64,000 nt of DNA, from NCBI GenBank assembly GCA_937936355.1, contig CALDDM010000005.1:10336-74335 (forward strand), read 5' to 3'. Of this stretch, positions 56,042-63,443 are shown piece by piece. The stretch is from Minisyncoccota bacterium (GTDB lineage: Bacteria; Patescibacteriota; Minisyncoccia; Moranbacterales; GCA-2747515). A model generated the notes under the pieces. It made no database searches and had not been told where the DNA came from. It saw only the letters and a list, made by a program, of their open reading frames with translations. Positions within the stretch are counted from its first letter, which is position 1. Every line of letters starts with the position of its first letter. The position numbers and the translations under genes are program-made.

Positions 56042-56066
56042 TTGTGTTCTTGGTAGGAGTCGAACC
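56042..56066 (-). repeat. orphan copy of the tRNA-Arg(GCG) 3-prime end (T-loop half plus acceptor strand plus 3 nt of flank)
   Basis: 25 nt, TTGTGTTCTTGGTAGGAGTCGAACC, identical to 56145-56169. The upstream part cannot form a cloverleaf. The adjoining roughly 50 nt also resemble the real tRNA flank. Confidence 0.7.
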
Positions 56067-56147
56067 GCAGTTTATACTCGTAAGCGCTAGCATTGGGTGA
56101 CCTTTTGACTAATAGCCGGAGGTGCGACTACTCCCGATGTCTTGTTG

Positions 56148-56220
56148 TGTTCTTGGTAGGAGTCGAACCTACGACCTTTTGGACCGCAACCAAACGCTCT
56201 ATCCACTGAGCTACAAGAAC
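56148..56220 (-). tRNA. tRNA-Arg (anticodon GCG)
   Basis: Hand-folded. Acceptor GTTCTTG/CAAGAAC, D arm GCTC-AGTGGATA-GAGC, anticodon stem TTTGG/CCAAA with loop TTGCGGT, T arm GTAGG-TTCGACT-CCTAC, discriminator A. Confidence 0.8.
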
Positions 56221-56321
56221 ATATTGTGTTATGACAAATGATGGAAATCAAAACCATCAGATAATAAAGATCAGTATACAGGACCCATAATCTCGCGTCA
56301 ATGCTCATTTTGTATCCATCC

Positions 56322-56936
56322 CTAAATCTTGAGAAGGCGTTCCATCGTATCGACAAAAGTACGTTCTTGTCGCTTCTCTGGCATATACTCAAGTAGCGCC
56401 TCACGCACATCTACAGGGTCTAGCTCATGCAGTGGTACGTGTACATATGGGAAGAGATGCCCTTCGACATTTAGGCTGATGATACGTGTATGTGGCGGCT
56501 CGTAGAAAATCCAAAACGACTCAATTTCATCGTAGTAATACAGCTGATCACCAACAACAAAACCATCTTCGGTAATCGCATAGTCCAAAACACGTGGCGG
56601 CATGATGATATAAAGAAAACCAACTGCTCCTATAACAAGGAAAAGAATCGCAACGATATGACTGTTTGTCCATACAGAAAAAAGCACCATTCCAATGATA
56701 AAAGCGACTGAAATAAAATACCACCTTTTACTTTTGGGCAATACCTCGTACTCTGGACCTTGCCAGTACGCCACAACGCTCTCTGGGTTTTCTGCGATAT
56801 AAGAACTTCCCTCATATTGAAAATCAAATGACTGCTCTCCATACTCGTCGATCTCAATACCATCTTCAAGCTCGCGCTCCATGGTAGATCGTACACTGTC
56901 ATCTGTCGCTATTTTTTTGCCTGATCGTATATTCAT
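56322..56936 (-). CDS. two-TM membrane protein with possible bacterial PH-like C-terminal domain
   Basis: Two adjacent TM helices followed by a beta-rich domain of about 90 aa. Start at ATG 56936. Confidence 0.4.
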   Translation of the reverse strand: MNIRSGKKIATDDSVRSTMERELEDGIEIDEYGEQSFDFQYEGSSYIAENPESVVAYWQGPEYEVLPKSKRWYFISVAFIIGMVLFSVWTNSHIVAILFLVIGAVGFLYIIMPPRVLDYAITEDGFVVGDQLYYYDEIESFWIFYEPPHTRIISLNVEGHLFPYVHVPLHELDPVDVREALLEYMPEKRQERTFVDTMERLLKI

Positions 56937-57002
56937 GTATTTATTATACCTTATATTTACAATCACTCAATCACATGATATGATTGATCGTACAATTTGT
57001 AC

Positions 57003-57092
57003 GGAAGCGTGGCTGAGTGGTCGAAGGCGCCGGTCTTGAAAACCGTAGTCCCTTCACGGGGACCGAGGGTTCGAATCCCTCCGCTTCCTCCA
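57003..57092 (+). tRNA. tRNA-Ser (anticodon TGA), CCA encoded
   Basis: Acceptor GGAAGCG/CGCTTCC, anticodon loop CTTGAAA, long variable arm GTCCC-ttca-CGGGGAC, T arm GAGGG-TTCGAAT-CCCTC, then T-CCA. Confidence 0.85.
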
Positions 57093-57141
57093 AGATAATA
57101 AAAAGCAGAGCAACGTGCTCTGTTTTTTATTATCTTGGAGG
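57087..57141 (+). terminator. 26-bp hairpin beginning inside the tRNA-Ser 3-prime end
   Basis: CCTCCAAGATAATAAAAAGCAGAGCA-acg-TGCTCTGTTTTTTATTATCTTGGAGG. All 26 positions pair, one of them as G-T. Confidence 0.6.
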
Positions 57142-57360
57142 TGGGATTCGAACTGTGAAATTGGTTGGGAAAACGACAATTTTTTCTTGGAGAGGATTTG
57201 TGGGACCGTTGGTTTTGCAGAAGCGTTAGCGACGTGCCCTCTCCTACTTACTCTAACAAAATACCCTCGAGGGGTGTTTTTTGTATATTCCTAGGCACCG
57301 TGGATGCCATCACGTAGGCCGTGAAAAAATATCATTTAAAGAGCATGCTAAAATACTTAC

Positions 57361-57792
57361 ATGAAAACCATTGATTTTTATGATAATGAATACTACATGC
57401 TTAGCGCTTTTTCTGCGCACCGCGTAGAAATTTGGGATCATACCTTCCCCACTGCGGAACATGCATTTCATTGGAAAAAATTTGAAACTGCCAATCCGGA
57501 AATTGCGCTAGCAATACTCAACGCACCTAGTCCATTTGCAGCCAAAGTCATCGCTAAAGACAATAAACCCTATCGGCGTACAGATTGGTCCGGGGTCAAA
57601 GTGAGCTACATGGAAGAAATCTCCCGTGTAAAATGTCAACAACATACAGATGTCTCAGATGCTCTAACACAATCAGAAGATAGCAAGCTTGTAGAAGATG
57701 CGCCTCATGACTCATTCTGGGGCACAGGCGCAGATGGATCTGGCTCAAATCATATCGGAGAAATATGGATGCGTATTCGTAGCGATCGTTAG
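57361..57792 (+). CDS. NADAR (DUF1768/YbiA-like) family protein
   Basis: LSAFSAHRVEIWDHTFPTAEHAFHWKKF and EDAPHDSFWGTGADGSGSNHIGEIWMRIR match the NADAR core. Confidence 0.75.
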   Translation: MKTIDFYDNEYYMLSAFSAHRVEIWDHTFPTAEHAFHWKKFETANPEIALAILNAPSPFAAKVIAKDNKPYRRTDWSGVKVSYMEEISRVKCQQHTDVSDALTQSEDSKLVEDAPHDSFWGTGADGSGSNHIGEIWMRIRSDR

Positions 57793-57933
57793 AGAGTTTT
57801 TTTACTACATTGCTTGCTTATATGCCTTGTTAGCTATAAGGCACTTTACAAGAGTTCTCACTTATGCTATTGTATTTTCGTACACAAAGCTGTATTTTTT
57901 TACTCACCAACATTAATATAACGGGAATTGTAA

Positions 57934-58245
57934 GTGCATCTAAATGGTAAGAAAGTATCACGAGCAAGTAGATTCACCGCTATACATGCGGTCATTCTAC
58001 CAAAAACAAGAACGAAGCAAACGGAGACAAGAGTTCGAGAAGACATTCAACGTGCCCTTGATGATCATGCGGCAGGTAGAAATAATAGCGACCTCACGCT
58101 GAACATCAAAAAAATTCATCCACGCAGATTTGAGCTAAGCCTCTTTGGAAACGGAATCACGACCGCCCAAGTTGACGTGATTGAAGAGATGATCTTAGCG
58201 AAAACATGGGACTTTGCTGTTCGTGATGGACAGATTGTAGAGTAA
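57934..58245 (+). CDS. hypothetical protein (GTG start)
   Basis: 103-aa ORF only. No motif and no obvious Shine-Dalgarno. Confidence 0.3.
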   Translation: MHLNGKKVSRASRFTAIHAVILPKTRTKQTETRVREDIQRALDDHAAGRNNSDLTLNIKKIHPRRFELSLFGNGITTAQVDVIEEMILAKTWDFAVRDGQIVE

Positions 58246-58356
58246 AAATTTGTAGATTGTAGCTACATCAATACAAAAAGGCCCCGACAGTGATCGAGGC
58301 CTTTTTCTTTTGTGTAAAATTTGTCGTATACTACAACTAGATAGAGAAAAACCTTT

Positions 58357-60474
58357 ATGATAACTCTTGAAACCCTTTTGACTGACATCCCACGCATTCA
58401 GGCAAAGTACCACCCCAAGCTAGAAAAACTCAAACTCCGCACCGTTGGAGATCTTTTGCGTCACTTCCCTTCGCGTTATGATGACCTTGCTGAAACTATT
58501 CCTATTATTTCTGTCCGTGGTGATCGGTCCTGCACTATCATGGGCACTGTGGAAAAGGTCGCTAGCAAAACGATTCCTGGTAAACGCCTCACCATCACGA
58601 CAGCAACATTTTCTGATGATTCTGCGACGATCCGCGCGACGTGGTTTAATCAAAAATTCCTGGAGAAAAATCTTGTCGTTGGCAAGCAATTTCGTGTTAG
58701 TGGACGTACCAAAGTCGATAAATCTGGTGTTTTTTTCAGTGCGCCAGACATCGAGAATGCAACGAGTGACCCACGCTCCACAGGTCGTATCGTCCCGATT
58801 TATCCAGAGACTGCAGGCATTACATCCAAATGGCTTCGGTGGCAGATCAAGCTCGTCCTTGATTCTGATATAATATTGCCCGATATTCTCACTGGCGCCA
58901 CAGCCCAGAAATATGACTTCCCCACGCCACATGATGCCATGCGCGCAATCCATTTCCCTGACAATCCAGATCACCTTGAGAATGCGCAACGGCGCTTTGC
59001 CTTTGAAGACCTCTTCCTCCTCCAGGTCTACGCACTTACCTCTCAGGCCAAGCACACGGCGCAGTCAGCACATACCATCCCCTTTGACCAGCAGCTCATC
59101 ACACAATTTGTTGCAAACCTTCCCTTTGATTTGACCGATGCCCAGAGGAAAGCGAGCTTTCAAATTCTCAAAGACCTCGAAAAACCACGTCCTATGAATC
59201 GACTCCTCAATGGTGACGTTGGCGCAGGTAAGACACTTGTTGCCACCATCGCAGCTCTCCAAGTGGCTCATGATGCCTCGGCAAACAAAGAGGATCAGAA
59301 GAAGCAAGTTGCGCTCCTTGCGCCGACAGAGGTTCTTGCCTGCCAACATTTCTTTACATTTCTACGGGATCTTGAGGATTATGATTGCAACATCGCACTT
59401 CTCACTGGTGCATACAAAATCTATGGCACCTGTGAGCAGCTCGCACAAACTACAACGAAGACTAAGCTCCTCGAAAAAATTGCAGACGGATCAATTGATA
59501 TCATCATTGGGACGCATGCCCTCATTCAGGATACCGTCTCCTACAAGGATTTAGCTTTGGTGATTGTCGATGAACAGCAGCGCTTTGGTGTTGGCCAGCG
59601 GAGTGCACTGATCGACATGGCGCATGGAGCAAAAGATCACACAGTTCACGTCCCACATTTTCTTACGATGACAGCCACACCGATTCCCCGAACATTTGCC
59701 CTGGCAATCTTTGGTGACCTGAGCGTGTCTCTGCTTGATGAAAAACCCGCCAACCGCAAAGACATCAAAACAGCGATTGTCACGCCAAGTAAGCAAAAAA
59801 ATATCTATACCTTTATATCCGAGGAGCTGACAGCAGGCAGACAAGGTTATGTCATCCTACCGCTTGTCGAGAAAAGTGATGTTGGAACCATGGCACACGT
59901 CAAAGCAGCAAAGGAAGAACAAGAACGTTTACAAAAAGATGTCTTTCCTGACTACACAGTTGGACTCCTTCATGGCAAGATGAAGTCCGCCGAAAAAGAA
60001 AGGGTCATGAAAGAATTCAAAGAGCATAAAATCGATCTCTTGGTTGCAACGTCTGTTGTTGAAGTTGGTGTAGACGTACCAAATGCAACTGTCATGATTA
60101 TAGAAAATGCTGAGCGATTTGGCCTGTCACAGCTCCACCAGTTTCGTGGACGTATTGGACGTAGTGACCTCCAGTCATACTGCTTCCTCTTTACGGCAAA
60201 TCACCACAATGCGAGACTCAAAGCACTTGAGAAACACAATGACGGATTTGCCCTTGCTGAAATTGATCTTGACCTCAGGGGTCCAGGCGAGTTTATCGGT
60301 CGTAGACAAAGCGGGCTGCCAGATGGTGCCATGAAAAATATTGCAAATATTGCACTTGTCACACAGACGCGCGAAGCAGCACGTCACATGCTTATCACAG
60401 ACCCAGGCCTCAAGAATAATCCAGACCTCCGTGGGGCACTTATGCACTTCCGTACACGCATACACATGGAGTAA
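58357..60474 (+). CDS. recG: ATP-dependent DNA helicase RecG
   Basis: 705 aa. N-terminal wedge/OB region, helicase motifs GDVGAGKT, DEQQRFGV, MTATPIPRT, QLHQFRGRIGR, and the TRG-like motif RGPGEFIGRRQSG. Confidence 0.9.
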   Translation: MITLETLLTDIPRIQAKYHPKLEKLKLRTVGDLLRHFPSRYDDLAETIPIISVRGDRSCTIMGTVEKVASKTIPGKRLTITTATFSDDSATIRATWFNQKFLEKNLVVGKQFRVSGRTKVDKSGVFFSAPDIENATSDPRSTGRIVPIYPETAGITSKWLRWQIKLVLDSDIILPDILTGATAQKYDFPTPHDAMRAIHFPDNPDHLENAQRRFAFEDLFLLQVYALTSQAKHTAQSAHTIPFDQQLITQFVANLPFDLTDAQRKASFQILKDLEKPRPMNRLLNGDVGAGKTLVATIAALQVAHDASANKEDQKKQVALLAPTEVLACQHFFTFLRDLEDYDCNIALLTGAYKIYGTCEQLAQTTTKTKLLEKIADGSIDIIIGTHALIQDTVSYKDLALVIVDEQQRFGVGQRSALIDMAHGAKDHTVHVPHFLTMTATPIPRTFALAIFGDLSVSLLDEKPANRKDIKTAIVTPSKQKNIYTFISEELTAGRQGYVILPLVEKSDVGTMAHVKAAKEEQERLQKDVFPDYTVGLLHGKMKSAEKERVMKEFKEHKIDLLVATSVVEVGVDVPNATVMIIENAERFGLSQLHQFRGRIGRSDLQSYCFLFTANHHNARLKALEKHNDGFALAEIDLDLRGPGEFIGRRQSGLPDGAMKNIANIALVTQTREAARHMLITDPGLKNNPDLRGALMHFRTRIHME

Positions 60475-60498
60475 AGGCTGTGTAGAATGAAATCAAGG

Positions 60499-61650
60499 CT
60501 AGGCTTGTGCCAAAACATCCTCATAGACGCCGATCAGCTTCTGCGTGCAGGCAGCCACTGTAAAGTGGTCATGCGCGCGCGCAGACGCAGCACCTCTGAG
60601 CAGTGTGCGGTATTCATCGTCGTAGACAATCTTTTCTAGCGCGTATACAAAATCACTCCAATTCTCTTTGACCAGGATGCCACTTACGCCGTCCTCTACG
60701 ACATCTCGCACACCACTACTACGTACAGCGACAATTGGCACACCGCTATACATTGCCTCTGTCACAATTGTGCCCTGTGTTTCTGTTGTTGATGCATACA
60801 CAAAAACATCTGATGCAGCGAGGTAGTTTTTTACACTAGATCTCGATAGCTCTCCTGTAAAGATGACGCGGTGCATCAGATCCCCCTCATCAAAGAGCGC
60901 CTCCATGTCATTGCGCAAATCACCATCACCACAGATGAGAAAATATACGTCATCATGTGCACGCAGAAATCGCCGTACAGACCGCGCTAAAAATAAGACG
61001 TTCTTCTCTTGTGTGAGACGCGACACCGTTACCAGTAAACGAACACCCGCAGGGATGTTGTAGTATGTGCGAATCTGCTCGGGATCTGGGTCACGAAACA
61101 AATCCTCATCAACGCCAGATGGCACAATACTAATCTTTTGCTCATCCATGTCACCCCTATAAAGATCCGCAGCTGATTGCGTAGGAAAAATGATATGATC
61201 AGCGAGCGTCGCAAAGCTCTGTGCGTTATGCATGATCCACCTCGAAGCAATATTTTGTGGGATCAAGCTTGCATAGTGCGTGTAATGATCGTATCGAGAG
61301 TGCCACGTAAAGATCAGGGGCACTTTTTTCTTTTGGGCCCACCTGCGCGCTTGACCACCAAGAATATTTGGATGTTGCGTGTGGATCAGATCAAATGATT
61401 TTTCCTCTATAATCTTATCAATCTCAGGTGCGTACGGAAGAGCCAGAGAAAACGGCACCTTTGTCGGCACAGCAATTGATGGGTATCGATAGACACCTGG
61501 ACTCGCACACTCTTCGTCTTGTGGCCAATGCGGCGCAAATACGCTCACCTCGTGGCCCGCTGATTGCAAGCCACGATAAAAACCATCCACCGAGGTACTG
61601 ACACCGTACGGATTTGGGAGGTAATTATTCGTAAAAATTCCTATCTTCAT
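60499..61650 (-). CDS. GT4-family glycosyltransferase
   Basis: MKIGIFTNNYLPNPYGV N-terminus and the C-terminal E-x7-E region TETQGTIVTEAMYSGVPIV. The ORF track start at 61776 would overlap the upstream gene. Confidence 0.8.
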   Translation of the reverse strand: MKIGIFTNNYLPNPYGVSTSVDGFYRGLQSAGHEVSVFAPHWPQDEECASPGVYRYPSIAVPTKVPFSLALPYAPEIDKIIEEKSFDLIHTQHPNILGGQARRWAQKKKVPLIFTWHSRYDHYTHYASLIPQNIASRWIMHNAQSFATLADHIIFPTQSAADLYRGDMDEQKISIVPSGVDEDLFRDPDPEQIRTYYNIPAGVRLLVTVSRLTQEKNVLFLARSVRRFLRAHDDVYFLICGDGDLRNDMEALFDEGDLMHRVIFTGELSRSSVKNYLAASDVFVYASTTETQGTIVTEAMYSGVPIVAVRSSGVRDVVEDGVSGILVKENWSDFVYALEKIVYDDEYRTLLRGAASARAHDHFTVAACTQKLIGVYEDVLAQA

Positions 61651-61765
61651 AAAGAGATCATAGACAGCAGCATGAACTATACATAGAACCATTGTACAAA
61701 CATCGCCACACATAAGCAAACTAAAAAAAGACCCTGGCGAATACATCGCCAGAGTCATAACTTTT

Positions 61766-62575
61766 CTATAGCTCAACCAGCCGCGTCACTGCTTGACTGA
61801 TCTCATCTGTCGCGAGATTAAAGCCAATCGAGAAGTTGAAGTCTTCGTTTCCACACATGCCGTCCATACGGTCAATACCAACGCTAAATCCCTTTAAAAA
61901 GGCAAATCGCATACCAACCTTGTTGAAGGTTTCACTTGGCTCACATGGATCAGTGTCAGGATAAAAGTCTACCACAGGATGGTCCTGATACCGCTGGCCA
62001 CCCTTCAGGTAAACTGCCATATCCATACCATCAGTTACGGGAAAAATTGCTTGCGCTTCCCAGAAAACTAGATCCTGGCGCTGAATATCGGTCATGCTGT
62101 AATTTTCGTCCCAGACATTGCATCTGATATTACCCGTATCAGACCGCAGGCCGCCTCCAATACGGAAATACCCTGATGACTCGATGTCACCCTCAAGCCA
62201 CGCACGTGACTCAAAGCCAGAGTTCACACATGCAACATCAACTAGATTGTTGCCACGTGCAATCTCACGGGACGTCTGCATGTAGGACAGGTCAGCGCCG
62301 AAACGCATTGTTCTATCGACAGGAAAAATTTTCCCGAGGCCGATATTCCAATGGGCATCGTACTGGCCGTAGTCCGGGTGCGATGTCTGATTGAATCCAC
62401 CTCGGACTGTCAGATAGTCTGGCAGAACATCGTTGCGCATGCCAAGCTCTAGGCCAAACTGTCCGGAAGCGTTGGCACCTGCAGAATAACCCACACCCAG
62501 AGCCCCAAAATAATCGCTTGCCGTAGAGTGGCTGGAAAAAGCAAGTGCAGATAACACGCATAGTGTACGAATCAT
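61766..62575 (-). CDS. secreted beta-strand-rich protein (beta-barrel-like pattern)
   Basis: Signal peptide MIRTLCVLSALAFSSHSTA (start at 62575, with GGAGGA 7 nt upstream). About 10 short alternating hydrophobic/polar segments rich in Gly and aromatics. Confidence 0.45.
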   Translation of the reverse strand: MIRTLCVLSALAFSSHSTASDYFGALGVGYSAGANASGQFGLELGMRNDVLPDYLTVRGGFNQTSHPDYGQYDAHWNIGLGKIFPVDRTMRFGADLSYMQTSREIARGNNLVDVACVNSGFESRAWLEGDIESSGYFRIGGGLRSDTGNIRCNVWDENYSMTDIQRQDLVFWEAQAIFPVTDGMDMAVYLKGGQRYQDHPVVDFYPDTDPCEPSETFNKVGMRFAFLKGFSVGIDRMDGMCGNEDFNFSIGFNLATDEISQAVTRLVEL

Positions 62576-62744
62576 TGAGTGATCCTCCATTTTAGAAAAG
62601 GTACAAAATTCGTAAGCCTAGGCTTACACATATTAAAACATTTGTATTATACTATATTTATACCAATATGTCAATTATTTGTTCTTGCATACAAAAAGAC
62701 CACTATGATGTGGTCTTTGTCCTGCACTGCCTCTCCACCTCTCT

Positions 62745-63344
62745 TTATGAGCTTTGTGAACCTTGGTCGATAGCTGAGACATCGCCCTCATCTCCAGAGG
62801 ACGTCTCTGTTTCTACATCTGTGTCTGTATCTGCGCTTACTTCTACCACGACATCTTTCTGCGCTTGGATTGCTGCCTCGTCTGTCGCATCTCCTAATTC
62901 TCCTACTTCCTTTGCCTCTTGCTCTGCTTCGCTGACCTCCTGTGACTCATCTACCTGAACTCCCTCATCGGAAGCGTTAGCCTCAGCACCTTCTTGCAGA
63001 TTCTTTTCTCGCACTTCTTCTCGCACCTCCTCTTGTGCTTCTTCATGCACTTCTTCTGGCGTCTTTTGCGCATCTGGCGTTTCACCTTCCGCTTCACTTT
63101 CACTCGCCTGATTTTTAGTCTCCTGCGTATTCACTTCCTTAGCCGGTTCAGCAGATACACCTTCATCTGCTTCTTCCGCCTCATTTCCTCATATGGGATT
63201 ATCTACGGTAGACTCATCAGCAGTGGATACCTCACCTCTTTGATCCACAACCTCGTCACCCTTCTGCCAACCCCCCCCCTGTACACTCACTTGCGCTTCG
63301 TCATCAATCATGACTGTTGTAGACGCTTCATTTTTTTCTAGCAT
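62745..63344 (-). pseudogene. acidic low-complexity protein interrupted by one in-frame TGA (63191-63189) and containing a G9 tract
   Basis: ORFs 63189-63395 and 62745-63134 share one frame. The 18 codons between them (GNEAEEADEGVSAEPAKE) are open and compositionally continuous with both parts. Confidence 0.45.
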
Positions 63345-63393
63345 CTTTTGCGGATACAATCCTTTTCCACTACTTGCACACAAAGTTATACAC

Positions 63394-63422
63394 AAAAAAA
63401 CTCCGCTTAAGCGGAGTTTTTT
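63394..63422. terminator. bidirectional terminator
   Basis: A7-CTCCGC-ttaa-GCGGAG-T6. Confidence 0.7.
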
Positions 63423-63443
63423 GCCTCTTCTAGAGTATTTCTT

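Noticed and set aside
57188-57244. A tRNA-like element with a perfect 7-bp acceptor-type stem on the minus strand.
   Set aside because: It is only 57 nt long, has no D or T-arm consensus (no TTCGA loop) and cannot form a cloverleaf. It is treated as a possible degraded fragment only.
63189-63191. The possibility that the in-frame TGA reflects genetic code 25 (UGA=Gly), as in Gracilibacteria and Absconditabacteria.
   Set aside because: Many conserved genes in the window end at TGA at the expected protein length, for example the disulfide oxidoreductase at 2346-2348 and sufS at 37477-37479. All conserved genes are intact under code 11.
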